Part shown: piece by piece, positions 40,844 to 52,268 of the stretch | Layout: every line of letters starts with the position of its first letter | Position numbering within the stretch: the first letter of the stretch is position 1 | Source: Oopsacas minuta | Taxonomy: Eukaryota; Animalia; Porifera | DNA: 64,000 nt | Direction of reading: 5' to 3' | Assembly (NCBI GenBank): GCA_024704765.1 | Contig: JAKMXF010000024.1 | Coordinates: forward strand, 25,218-89,217 | Made by a program: the position numbers and the translations under genes | Notes under the pieces: model-generated | What the model was told of the DNA's origin: nothing | Seen by the model: only the letters and a program-made list of their open reading frames with translations | The model's database searches: none

Positions 40844-42700
40844 ATGAAGCTAATATCAACTTTTCTAATTTTTTTAATTTGTTGCTATTTCGTGGTTTTC
40901 CTCACAAACAGTGAAGATATTGTTGAAGAAGAATGGCTTAGCATCGAGCAATTCCACCGGAAACTTGACACAGATGAAGATGGTACAATTCGACAAGATG
41001 AAGTGATCGAAGACATGAATGATTACAATAATCTCCAAGAAACTAAACTCAAAATGAATTTTGATGAAACACCTCTCTCTCTTCGAAGTCTAATGCAACA
41101 ATGGACACAAAATCCAGTCAGATCGTGGACGCCAGTACAAGTCGCACATTGGGCTAAAGTTACAGTAAAAATGCCTGAGATTTTAGGTCAAATACACGAA
41201 AAGAAGGTATCAGGAATGATACTACCAACAATGGCAGTAGACAGAGATCAGTTAATGCGTATATTTCCGGGGTTAGATCAATCACAAGCTGACAGGTTCA
41301 TGCTATACGCATTCAAGCTGGTTATCTCAGGGCCTTCTGATAACGAGATACCCTCTCTATACGATGATAGCAATCAAGATTGGGTAGCTTTTGAACACAT
41401 TGTGGTTTTCTTTAAAGAAATGGATAAAGACGATGATGGTTGTGTTGATTTGGATGAAGCTGACGGTGTCAGAGATGAACCTAGTGACTCTACAAATACT
41501 CCTTGCGATGAGATCAGTATTGAACACAGGACATTAAGTGAAGTATGGGAATATTGGTCAAAAGTAAATATTGTTAGGGATTGGACTGTTGAAGAAGTAG
41601 GCGCATGGCTTGATCAGGAAGGGCTAGGGAAATACATTGAAGTGTTCGCAGCTCAAAAGGTTGTGGGGTTACATATGCCTAAAATAGCTGCTAATCCTAA
41701 GACAGGCTTTCTACGTGAACTTAATGTTAATAAGGAAGATCGTAAGAAATTAATGATTAGCGCAATTTCATTAGTTTTATTCGGCCCACCAAAAGTTATG
41801 TCCCGCTCCAATCTGCTCGCGGATACATTATTCGCGATTTTATGTATCTTTATTTCTGCTGGCGCTCTGTGGTATGGTAATAAGCAACGCGTGCTTAAAA
41901 ACCAATTCGAGTCTAAATTCGTAGAAAGCGAAAATAGTTTAGACGAGATTAAATCTCAATTACAAGAATTGAATGAGATAGGAAAGTCAATTGATGAAAA
42001 ACAAGATGAGATATCTGATATCACTGAGACTACATTATTGTCTCCTATAGAATCAACATCAGAAGAACGAGTTGTGATTAAGTATCAAACACCAGATGAA
42101 CTAATTTCATTACTACGATTCACATATCTCCGTGAATACGAATTCTATGATATTAAAAAGCAAGATATCGAACTGCTGATTGACAAAGCTAGACGTCAAC
42201 ACGATAGTTTGAAACGTAAACATGGAAATATCCTGAGTGCTCTATTCATATCAAATACAAGAGTTTTGGATAATAACGAAGTATTAATGGTTGATACTAA
42301 ATCACGTTTAGATCGTCTTACCCACGATATGCAGGAACTTAACCAGCGTTGGCAGAAAATGGAATCTATCACGCAAACTTCTCTAATACAACACTCTTCA
42401 TCTCGTCGATGTGTTAATGAAAACTCTTATAACCAGTTAGGAAGTCAAAATCTGTTGAATAACATAGGATCAACTGAATGCCTCGTTACTGATGCTAATA
42501 ATAACGGAGAAAGCTTGTGTGAAATTGAAATGCTCCGGAGTACTTCATGTCCAAAGTTGAATATAAATGCCCCCGGAGCTGATGCTGAGTCTGAGAGAAG
42601 GAAAAAGACTTCTTTTAGAAAGTCTATTACCAAACCTATTAAAAAGTACATTACTAGTGATGGAAAACGAGATTCACCTACTGAGGGAGAAAATCAATAA
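40844..42700 (+). CDS. STIM: STIM-family ER calcium sensor with two tandem EF-SAM modules, intronless
   Basis: ATG at 40844 gives a signal peptide. EF loops DTDEDGTIRQDE and DKDDDGCVDLDE, each followed by a SAM domain ending (VIS/VLF)GP. TM helix, coiled coil, and a CAD/SOAR-like segment PDELISLLRFTYLREYEFYDIKKQ...LNQRWQKME. Confidence 0.88.
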   Translation: MKLISTFLIFLICCYFVVFLTNSEDIVEEEWLSIEQFHRKLDTDEDGTIRQDEVIEDMNDYNNLQETKLKMNFDETPLSLRSLMQQWTQNPVRSWTPVQVAHWAKVTVKMPEILGQIHEKKVSGMILPTMAVDRDQLMRIFPGLDQSQADRFMLYAFKLVISGPSDNEIPSLYDDSNQDWVAFEHIVVFFKEMDKDDDGCVDLDEADGVRDEPSDSTNTPCDEISIEHRTLSEVWEYWSKVNIVRDWTVEEVGAWLDQEGLGKYIEVFAAQKVVGLHMPKIAANPKTGFLRELNVNKEDRKKLMISAISLVLFGPPKVMSRSNLLADTLFAILCIFISAGALWYGNKQRVLKNQFESKFVESENSLDEIKSQLQELNEIGKSIDEKQDEISDITETTLLSPIESTSEERVVIKYQTPDELISLLRFTYLREYEFYDIKKQDIELLIDKARRQHDSLKRKHGNILSALFISNTRVLDNNEVLMVDTKSRLDRLTHDMQELNQRWQKMESITQTSLIQHSSSRRCVNENSYNQLGSQNLLNNIGSTECLVTDANNNGESLCEIEMLRSTSCPKLNINAPGADAESERRKKTSFRKSITKPIKKYITSDGKRDSPTEGENQ

Positions 42701-43343
42701 GATTCCCGATAGTTTCATTGTGCTATTATTATTAATATTATTATATAATTATACTTTTACTTCTAGAGTCATTCTAACTTTATTTCGTATGTGTATGCGT
42801 ATGAGAACTTAGTTTGTAAATTTGTGTTCTTCCCACACTTCTTTCTAGTTATTACGTGTATGATATGTTAATTTAATTATATTTAAAGATATATTGGAAA
42901 AAATGAAGGCTACGTCAGTGTCAGGAAAATTGAATGCTTTTTGGATTGAAATTATTTCGAACTTTTTGGCCGGTGGCTTTACTACACATTTTTGTTATGA
43001 AAATTATTATTACTATTAAAACTGGCCAATTTAGATGCCTTTTAGTGATGGATACTTGCCAACCTTCCAAGGTTTTGACTTTTGATTGAGGGAAGAATTT
43101 CTAAATCCAGAGAAATACTGGATATTTCTGGCTTTTTCTCGTAAAATGGAAAAATCATATTTTTTGCATATAAAATTAGAAATCCAGATAAAATTTTGAA
43201 AATCCAGGGAAACAGCTACAAGGAAAGTTACAATTTGTTTGTGAGTATGGTAAATTGGCGATGATATAGGTAATAGCTAATTGTCAGTGAAAATTATATT
43301 TACACATATATTAAAAATTTATTCTGTCTTAGTATATCCATAT

Positions 43344-43795
43344 ATGGAAACAAATTCTGATAATCCCCTCAGTGTTGATAGAATAAAATTGAGTGAAAAG
43401 TTGCAATCACTTTCACCAATACAAAGATTACTTATTCCAGAAGAGTTTAGTCAACTCGCTATTTCATATCTTAACAAAAATAGTCCAGATTTAGTTTCCA
43501 AATCTGAAGATAATCCTATAAGAAACAAAAATGCTGCAATAGAAATAGCCAAATTCTTGAAAATACAGAAAATATTCCTGCGGATAAATTGGTTTTTGTA
43601 CCTCAAGATTTCATAATGCCTCCAGCTAGTGACTACACTCTTGAATCAGTAAGTAAGCAAGGAGTAGGAGAGACGAGTTTAGGAAAGATTGAAAATATGA
43701 AAGAAACAAAAATAGAAACTTCATCTAGTAACCCTCTAGCTTCAAAGCTAAATCGAGTAGAAGATCTTGAAGGATGGCTAGATGAATTTTTATAA
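43344..43795 (+). CDS. Short AVEN-like C-terminal region split by a frameshift near 43514-43545
   Basis: SVDRIKLSEKLQSLSPIQRLLIPEEFSQ and the terminal VEDLEGWLDEFL recall AVEN motifs. The two halves lie in different frames with no clear intron. Confidence 0.4.
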
Positions 43796-44135
43796 ATTGC
43801 GTGAATGTCTATAATTACTTTTAAACTGTCCTTACTTTACTTTACTTTACTTTACTTTCCGATGCGACGCTCATCAATGTATTATTTGCAGGTTCATACA
43901 CCCCAAGTTACGAACCAAATGCTGGTTTGGCCAGTACTTCATCAGCCATCCATTTTCACATTTAACTTCTTTACATAGGCCAATTCTCCATTCAATATAA
44001 TGGTTATACATTTCATTGAAACTATTGTCAATATTTCTATATTTTACATAAACATTGTAAATGTGTGGCCAGCTTTTGAATTTTAGTAGATTGGGGTCTA
44101 TGTAGTATGTAGTTACTGGTTTATAGTATACAGAC

Positions 44136-44412
44136 CAAGCTTGGACCCGGCCAACCGTCACTAATTTTTCAGTTAATCAGCAATTATTTGAATTTTTCTT
44201 TAAGGCAGTAATAAAAATTGTTTATTCTTTCATTATTCACTTTTAAATCCATACTACATGTGATTAATATTCCCTTTTCAACATCTATAATTGCATAAGG
44301 TCCAACACTAAGCAAGGATTTTGTAGAAAACTGGTTTATAGCGGGTCGTAACAGACCAGTCCACCTGGTCAGAGCTCACCGGGCCATGAAATCTTGACCC
44401 AGTCCAAGCCTG
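44136..44412. mobile_element. Probable hAT MITE
   Basis: Ends CAAGCTTGGAC / GTCCAAGCCTG. Candidate 8-bp TSD ATACAGAC / ATATTGAC (6 of 8 match). Confidence 0.5.
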
Positions 44413-44871
44413 ATATTGACAAAGTAATTTGTTTCCAGTGTATAGTGTAGGGGGGATATGTCGATGCAGCTCCCATATCTTATCCGAATAACAGGCAGCT
44501 TCCTTCTATTAATCCTTTATTCATAAATCTTCGTACAATGTCGAGTAAATTATAAACATAAGATACGGATATTTATTAGACATTACTACTGGTAACGGTG
44601 ATGATATTTGTCAATTTTGTCAGTTCGCAGGCTCCACAATTTGTATTGATGATTCATCACTATCTTATCATTTACGTTATTTATATGAATAATTAGAATT
44701 TTGTCATATCAGCGATTCATTTATGAGAAATTACTGATTTAATTATATAAATCTTTTGGTGTAACGCTTGTGTGTTCGATTAGAAATAAGATAGGCTCAA
44801 CCATTAATTAACTTATATAAAATTTATAGTATCGATTATACACATTTAGATGCTAAAACATTCTAGCAAAA

Positions 44872-46044
44872 ATGAGTTCTAATCTTCCACAATGTATGAC
44901 AGTAAATCTGTCACCAATTCTGGACTTTTTCAATTGTCCTATTTGTACAGAACAGCTGACAAACACGTGTACAACTGTATGCGGACATAGATTCTGCCAT
45001 AAATGCATTGAAGAGTGTATTGATCGGCGATCTCAATGTCCTCTATGTATGAGATTTTTAAACAGTTCACATGTCAGTAAGGATTTTCAATATGACGAGC
45101 TTATTCGTGTTGTTATCGATCAGAAGGTCAAGGGAGAAGAATTATATTTTAAACGCTTAGCCGATGAAGCTACTCAAAACGCGTTCAGTAAAGAAGAGAA
45201 TTTAAGTCCTGTAGAACAAGTTCTGCAAAAACATTTGAAGAATAGCCTCGCTTCATATGAGAGTTATCTTCATAAGATAAAACTTGACTACAGTCGTAAG
45301 CTCGAGGAATGTAAACAGAAAATGACGTCACGTCGTATGCAATCCTTAAGTATGAATGGGAAAGTAGAATTGAAGCAGAAAGAGATAGAAGCTGAATGCA
45401 AGAAGGAGCAACAGAAAATACAGGATGAATTGGATCGTGCTATAGAGCTCCTGGCTCAGAGTTATGACATGTATCTGTCAAAAAATCTCCCTCAACCCTC
45501 AACACTCCCTGTAAAATCTACACTATTCATTGAATGCTTTGACCTTACAATCCCTGACTTCGAAATTGGCCCAATGGAACGTATTTCTGAGATAATTCCA
45601 AGGTTAACTGACACAATTCACTGTCTTGGCCATGACATAATCGGCGTAGGAAAGGATGTTAAGTTCCTGTTAGCGAAAGGTAATACATATCGCGAGGATA
45701 ACGTGAAAGGCGCTGAGGCAGAAAGCGACAGTATCATACAGCTAGAACTCAACACAAAACCCGTGATCGAATGCGGTTTACAACCAGGTGGCGAAATTCG
45801 TATCACAGGACAACTTCTCCAAAGATCTGATCTCCCAAAACAGTGTATTATTAAAACTTTCACCGTTGGGAACAAAGTAGACTATTCTACATGTACAACA
45901 TGTAATATTAACTGGGTATGTGAAACATGTGCTGAAACATGCCACGCGAAACATGACACTAAACCATACATAGCTGGACACAGTCCTCAATGGCCTTGTT
46001 GTTATTGTCCTAAGAAAAAACTGTGTAAAATCAAGAACAACTAA
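44872..46044 (+). CDS. RING-HC E3 ligase with coiled coil and C-terminal UBR-box-like zinc finger, intronless
   Basis: CPIC...CGHRFCHKC...CPLC RING. C-terminal CTTC...CETCAETCHAKH...CCYC...C. Confidence 0.8.
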   Translation: MSSNLPQCMTVNLSPILDFFNCPICTEQLTNTCTTVCGHRFCHKCIEECIDRRSQCPLCMRFLNSSHVSKDFQYDELIRVVIDQKVKGEELYFKRLADEATQNAFSKEENLSPVEQVLQKHLKNSLASYESYLHKIKLDYSRKLEECKQKMTSRRMQSLSMNGKVELKQKEIEAECKKEQQKIQDELDRAIELLAQSYDMYLSKNLPQPSTLPVKSTLFIECFDLTIPDFEIGPMERISEIIPRLTDTIHCLGHDIIGVGKDVKFLLAKGNTYREDNVKGAEAESDSIIQLELNTKPVIECGLQPGGEIRITGQLLQRSDLPKQCIIKTFTVGNKVDYSTCTTCNINWVCETCAETCHAKHDTKPYIAGHSPQWPCCYCPKKKLCKIKNN

Positions 46045-46260
46045 TTTTGTTATTTTGTGACTTTTATATGCTAAGAATTTGTTTGAAAATACTCTTTTCT
46101 CATTTATAGAGGTTTTGGAATATCTGTGGTGAATTATTAATGATTTTTGTTTTTATACTTTCTTACATTTGTGAAGTTATTGAGTAAATCATCAGAAATG
46201 TTTGTATTTACCTTACGTCAGCTCTTCCCAAACTTTTTATTGTAAGCAACTTATAGGTAG

Positions 46261-48204
46261 ATGAAGCGCTCAAGTATCTTTCAAGACCCAAAGGGACGTG
46301 AATCACTTGCTCTCCTCTTAGACTATGATTTCGAAAATCCTCCAATTATCCAAGAACAAGCTCAAAGGAGGAAACCTTCTTTCGCTCCTACTCGTCTCAA
46401 ATCAGCTCACTCCACTTTTGATCTAAAAGGCTCCCAATCCATAGCCCGTGATAGCAAATCATTCGCTCCTTCCAAAAGCACATCAATGTCCCACCTATCC
46501 ATGAGTTCTATTCCAATGACCACACCTGTTGCTAGGCCGAGTTCAGTGCATCCAAAAAATGTTTTGGAAACTCCCAAAATACCTACTAGTGGAGTGGAAC
46601 CTCGGATTTTTCGCGAGAAGGACTTTATTCATACATCAGCAAAACTAGTCCATTCTTTCCTTACTGAAAAGGGTTATCCCAAACCGATTGCATTGAAATC
46701 TCTGCTGAATCCTGAATCATATGAGGTCCTGAATATATTTTCATATCTCCTTTCTTTCCTGGATTCTCAACTCGCTAGTGAAATTCGTGTGAAAGAAGAT
46801 ATACCAAATGTACTAGCATTTATTGGCTACCCGTACACTATTAAGAAATCTACAATCTCGGCTTTGAACACTCCCCATAACTGGCCGAGTATTCTAGCAT
46901 CGATCAGGTTCATAGTTGAGCGATTAGAAGAGGTTCTGCCACATGATTTGGGAATCGATATTCTCTTCCCTCCAGCTTCATTCTCAGAGGATGCAGGTTC
47001 TAATGAACAATTCAAAGAAAATGTGATTCGTAATAGCCAGATGTATTTGCATCGGGATGATCCAGAAATGCTTGAGTCATTTCGGAAAGAAACTGATGAA
47101 CATTATAGAGTTACACTGAGTGAACTGAGATCAGAAAAAGAAAATTTGATAGAGAAACGCGATGAATTTGCCGCACTAAACCAGGAAATGGATAACTCTA
47201 CACTTGCTGTATGCCAAAATTTGTATCAAGAGAAAATTGACCAACTTTTTATGAAGCAACAGGAATTAACTTCTATTCAGGAACACACAGGCTCTAACTT
47301 AGAAGAAAAGAAAAGACTCGATCAGGAATTGTTTAACATTCAAAGGCAAATAACTGAAGAAGATCACAAACTTGAGACTTTGTCAAAACAAATTCAATGT
47401 CAAGAGATCAATATTGATACTGCAATTGAATTGAAAGATGATACTACCTCAATCCGACTTGAAATTGATCGACAACGTACTCTCATCTCAAATTACAATG
47501 ACAAGATAATTGGGTTACGAATGCAACATTCTAAACGTATGTCTAAAGTACGTGCTGGTATGTCACAGACAAATATTGCTTTAAAACAAATAACATTGTG
47601 GTATCAAGGTTGCTATGATGGGATAGCTGATCAGCTGGGTATTCAGTATGAGAATGCAAACTACGAATTCATGAAAAGCCCCGAACAATTGAGTAATGAA
47701 ATTCAACGTAACATGGATATTCTACAGCAGGTGAGATTTTTGGCAAATTCTACCAAAGCAAAATTGCTGCAAACTGAGATTGAAGCGAATTCTAAAATGG
47801 AATCACTGAGGAATAGCATTGTAGAAGCTGGACTTGAAATTAAGGAGTATGAGAATGAAATGCAGTTACTACAAGAGGCGAATGAAAGCCTTCAAAAGAA
47901 GAAAACGAATTTGCAGAAAGAGCAGAGTGATAAGAAAATACAACTTAACCAGGAGGTATACCAGTTGAGAAGAGATTGTGAAGAGAGTGCGAGGTTAGTA
48001 GCACAGCTAGAGACAGAGAGAGAGCAGGTGATCAGCTCGGGTCAGGAAGAGAATAAAAGGATGCATTTAGATATACATTCTCTGTGTGCTAAGATTGAGA
48101 ATATGATGGATCAGATAGTGAAAGTCTCTGATGAAGAAACTGCTATTCTATCAATTCTAGAACAAATGCATGGAGCATATGCGGCTATGTTTTCTAAAGA
48201 ATAG
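46261..48204 (+). CDS. NDC80: Kinetochore protein NDC80/HEC1, intronless
   Basis: Basic unstructured N-tail, HEC1 CH domain (FLTEKGY, IGYPY, TPHNWPSILA) and a long coiled coil. Confidence 0.9.
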   Translation: MKRSSIFQDPKGRESLALLLDYDFENPPIIQEQAQRRKPSFAPTRLKSAHSTFDLKGSQSIARDSKSFAPSKSTSMSHLSMSSIPMTTPVARPSSVHPKNVLETPKIPTSGVEPRIFREKDFIHTSAKLVHSFLTEKGYPKPIALKSLLNPESYEVLNIFSYLLSFLDSQLASEIRVKEDIPNVLAFIGYPYTIKKSTISALNTPHNWPSILASIRFIVERLEEVLPHDLGIDILFPPASFSEDAGSNEQFKENVIRNSQMYLHRDDPEMLESFRKETDEHYRVTLSELRSEKENLIEKRDEFAALNQEMDNSTLAVCQNLYQEKIDQLFMKQQELTSIQEHTGSNLEEKKRLDQELFNIQRQITEEDHKLETLSKQIQCQEINIDTAIELKDDTTSIRLEIDRQRTLISNYNDKIIGLRMQHSKRMSKVRAGMSQTNIALKQITLWYQGCYDGIADQLGIQYENANYEFMKSPEQLSNEIQRNMDILQQVRFLANSTKAKLLQTEIEANSKMESLRNSIVEAGLEIKEYENEMQLLQEANESLQKKKTNLQKEQSDKKIQLNQEVYQLRRDCEESARLVAQLETEREQVISSGQEENKRMHLDIHSLCAKIENMMDQIVKVSDEETAILSILEQMHGAYAAMFSKE

Positions 48205-48738
48205 TCTGCTTAACGAATTCCGGCATTGATTGACTTCATACATTTGTTAGAAAATCTAATAACGATCACTTTATATGGTAAGGGCTGTCAGTTCTAAATC
48301 TCTTATATTTCATGCTTCTTTGTGAAATTCTGGTCATTCCTTGATTTTGAATATTATATGTGCACTAGCTTTAAAATACAGTACTTTTTGAGCTCTATTT
48401 TTACTGTACCGACTAATACTATTACATCGTATAGTGGGCCTCTGCTCTAAAATTGTTGACTTAGCATATATATATATATATATGTTTTCGCTCTGCTTTT
48501 TCACACCTTTAGAGATTAAAACAACAAATTTGGCATATATACTCGTGGTGACATCTAGATGTGCACCTGACATTTGAAATTTTCTTATATGTATATTTTC
48601 ACACATTTTGACACCCCTATATTTTAGCTGTCGAGTTTTCCAATTCGAATTAAAGGCATAAAATGGTTCTGGTGGAGTGTATGTAATTTTATTTGCATTG
48701 TAATATATTTATATTGACAGTATACTGTAATCCCATTG

Positions 48739-48804
48739 ATCAATAAACTCTTTAGTGCATATACACTTAATATCAATAAACTCTTTAGTGCATATACACT
48801 TAAT
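48739..48804. repeat. 33-bp tandem duplication
   Basis: ATCAATAAACTCTTTAGTGCATATACACTTAAT x2. Confidence 0.85.
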
Positions 48805-49163
48805 ATTAATAATATGATTAATCATATTTTCACACATTTTTCTCAATATTTCAAAATTTCCTAGAGATCAGCTTCCACCTGCTATTTAGGGGTAAATAGG
48901 ACGTAGAATTCTTTCAACTATAGAATACGATTATTTATATGCTAAAATGTATATTTAATAGAATAATATAGTTTCGATAATCCACTGAAAAAAAATTGGT
49001 GAAATTTAAGTCGGCACAGACGTGATTTGAGATTTTTATTTTCAACCCTATTAGACTGTTTTGATATTATTAGCATAATCAACTAGTGCCTAACATTATA
49101 ACATACTTCGATATGATAACTATATTGTGAAAGTGTTAGTTTATCAGCTGTAACAATCTCATA

Positions 49164-49688
49164 ATGTCTGGCATAACTAGTTCAAAATTCACTACAAGTT
49201 ATGACCCTCTCCTAGCTGGTAGTATTGATGGCACTGATACGAAACCTCATGATAGTGCAGTAGCACGAGCAATACACTGTGAATACACTCCAAAGTCTGA
49301 TCCTATATTAGCTGATTATACACTATTTGTTGCTAGACTAAATCCTCTAACAAAGGAAATTACACTAAAAGAATATTTCTCTCGTTATGGGACAGTTAGG
49401 AAAGTTACAATCGTACGGGACATAGTTACCGGAGAGTCTAAATGTTATGCTTTTGTTATTTTCAAACACCGTAGAGATGTGGAGTATGCTTATAACAGAG
49501 CACACCACAAGCTAATAGACGATCGTGAGATTATTGTGGATTATGAGTTGCAGCATAAATTGGTTGGTTGGAAGCCTAGGAGGCTGGGAGGAGGTTTGGG
49601 AGGTAAGAAGGAGTCGGGGCAGCTAAGGTTTGGAGGGAGGGAACGTCCTTTTGCTCAACCTATTGTGCGTGAACGTGAAGGGAATTAA
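49164..49688 (+). CDS. SNRNP35: U11/U12 snRNP 35 kDa protein (RRM), short C-terminus
   Basis: YDPLLAGSIDGTDTKPHDSAVARA, TLFVARLN, RDIVTGESKCYAFV, GWKPRRLGGGLGGKKESGQLRFGGRERPF. Confidence 0.93.
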   Translation: MSGITSSKFTTSYDPLLAGSIDGTDTKPHDSAVARAIHCEYTPKSDPILADYTLFVARLNPLTKEITLKEYFSRYGTVRKVTIVRDIVTGESKCYAFVIFKHRRDVEYAYNRAHHKLIDDREIIVDYELQHKLVGWKPRRLGGGLGGKKESGQLRFGGRERPFAQPIVREREGN

Positions 49689-50658
49689 TTATTTATCATT
49701 TGTCTATAAATACCGTTGCTGATAAACTTGTTTCAGGTTTACGATTACAATCATCTAAGTATCTGGCTTGTGGAAAGCCATCATAATTATCTCATTAATG
49801 TGAAGTTAGTGACGTCATTTAATTAAAAGTTTTTGGAAATTATTTAAATGATAGTAGAAAGTGCTAGACGAAGCACTGTGAATAATATTGATATTACGTC
49901 ATCATTTTAATTGTTCTACCTGAATTGTATTGAGAAATTCGAGTAGCAAATAATTGTCGTTTAGCTATTTAAATTTCATTGGTTTTGGACATATTTTACG
50001 TGTGTAGTAGAATTTATTCAGACATAGCAAAATAAAGGAATTTTGCTAGCCAATGTAATTTAGCGACTACGAGTCGCTTCGCTTCCTCGTGCTGCTCTGC
50101 TTACGAAAACTGTGCTCGTATTGGACTCGGCACCTCGAAGTTAGCAAACTAAAAATTGCAAGATTGAATTGATAAATCAATAGTCTAACTATTTATTTAC
50201 AATATATTCATAAAATAACGATAAATTTACATTTGAGAAACTTGAAAATAGGAAATTCGGATTCAGCGTACTCTGTTACCCCCTTGTAATCATTAAGAGC
50301 AAGTCTCTACGTATATTTTGAGATTTCAACTATTTGTTTACTTAATATTCATAAAACAACAATAAATTTACATACAATTAATTCAAATGAGTGAAAATCA
50401 GATTCAGCACATTCGATATATTTGTCAAGTTTTATTCAATTCTGTGTACTTTCTTGCATCAAGATAAATATAGTTATACGATATCTCAGTATTGAGAAAT
50501 TCGAGTTCGATACAACATTCTATGAATATTAGTCTGGTTCCAAATCCTGAAAAGTGAGCTGGAACAACCGTGTTAACACCTCTAAATTTCAAGAAATGGA
50601 ACTAGACTATATTCGAGAAATTATAACTCAAAATTCTCCTTTATACAGCTGATTAGAA

Positions 50659-51780
50659 ATGACACATATAATATTATGTATAAACCAGAAACACCAATTA
50701 ATGACTGATATCTTCATAGCGAAAGAGCAAGCAGCTGATCAGTTGAAAAATGAATTTTATTCCGCAGTAAAGATACAGGCTTGGTTCCGAGGAGTACGTC
50801 TACGTGCTTACATAAAGCACCTCAACAACTCAGCAACTATAATACAGAAACACTGGAGATCTTACATGGCACGTGGCATATTCCGCAGAATGGTATCGTC
50901 CACACTTGAACAAATGCGTATAGCTCATTATAACACAATGGCTACTGTAATACAAAAGGTATGGAGAGGATATTACGTCAGAAAACATGTACATAACTTC
51001 TATGCTAGACAGAGATACCTAGAGGCTATTGTTGATATCAATAATTATGTGTTAGAAGATTTGTATAAATACGAAGATATTGTGATTGCGAAGGCTGAGA
51101 AATCACGAGCTGAAAAATTAGAAAATGATAGACTCCTAAAGGCTACCCGTAATCACTTCATGTTGAGTACTAATCAATCAGCTGGAGTATATGCATTGTC
51201 TAAATGCAGAGAAAATAACGAAATAGAGTTGATAATGCGAAATTTGACATCTCACGATATCGAGAATATTCGTCAGAAAAATTCACCCGACTATTATTCC
51301 CCATCAGCTTGTACTGCACCTAGCAGGGATCTGTACAATTCCGCGAATTCTGACACTCCATCTTATGATGCTAGTTTAGCTAGCGAAAGTTCTAAACAAT
51401 CTCCTTTACCGAAAATTGTCACTTCAAGTAGGAAGCAGCAAGGCCCATTCAAATCCATAGAGCAGGTAGAAATGATAAAAAGCAAACCTTTGCAACCTAC
51501 GCTACGTGTTTCCACGGATTTCTATTCAGTAGAAAAGGCCAGATACTCAATGATAGCTAAAGAGGAAGTGAAACAAGTTATAGATGATCGTTTCTCTCCC
51601 TTCAAAACTGTACGACACACGCATGTACCAATGCTGCATACAGAATCCCAATACAGTACTTTGAAGTATGGTAATGCGCATTTCCGTGAAGAAGATGAGA
51701 GCAGGTTAACTCTTAAAGATAGGTTTAAGACTGTTCTTCCTCCGATTAAAGTGTTTGATCATGCTAACTCATCATTTTAA
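50659..51780 (+). CDS. SPATA17: Spermatogenesis-associated protein 17 (IQ motifs)
   Basis: AVKIQAWFRGVRLRAYIKHLN, ATIIQKHWRSY and ATVIQKVWRGYYVRK IQ motifs. The exact start is uncertain. Confidence 0.82.
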   Translation: MTHIILCINQKHQLMTDIFIAKEQAADQLKNEFYSAVKIQAWFRGVRLRAYIKHLNNSATIIQKHWRSYMARGIFRRMVSSTLEQMRIAHYNTMATVIQKVWRGYYVRKHVHNFYARQRYLEAIVDINNYVLEDLYKYEDIVIAKAEKSRAEKLENDRLLKATRNHFMLSTNQSAGVYALSKCRENNEIELIMRNLTSHDIENIRQKNSPDYYSPSACTAPSRDLYNSANSDTPSYDASLASESSKQSPLPKIVTSSRKQQGPFKSIEQVEMIKSKPLQPTLRVSTDFYSVEKARYSMIAKEEVKQVIDDRFSPFKTVRHTHVPMLHTESQYSTLKYGNAHFREEDESRLTLKDRFKTVLPPIKVFDHANSSF

Positions 51781-52268
51781 CTACACCTTTGTATTTACAT
51801 GTGTATTTAACCAGAATTAAACTGTGCTAATTGAAATTATATATATTCACGTATAACCTCTATTATCAGTTAGATTGCTAAATCTATATTCATATTCAGT
51901 ATTCTGAGTCCTCATCGTCCAGCTGAATTCTAAGTTTATCTTATCTATCTTTCTGAGTTAAATTTTGTCTTCTCAGATAGGTCATGTCTCAGTTCTCATA
52001 TTTATTTGAGTACATTATCATAGGAATTAACGTTCTACTTTATTGACGCGATTTGCTACAAATTTCCTATTATAAGGGGTGATGTGTTATTATTTGGGTG
52101 AGGCTATTGCCGCCAACAGGTAAACATTCGAAAAACTCCAATATTTAAAAGCATGACATTTTCTAACTTTAAGGAGTTTTTTGTTACGTAACGTTAGAAC
52201 GACCAAATCTAGACTTGTATTAAATATCACATATGAATTTATTTAATACTTTTTTTGAGAATTATAGA

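Noticed and set aside
50187-50412. Degenerate duplication at about 140-bp spacing upstream of SPATA17
   Set aside because: AT-rich and imperfect with no clear ends. Probably a transposon remnant, not classifiable by eye.
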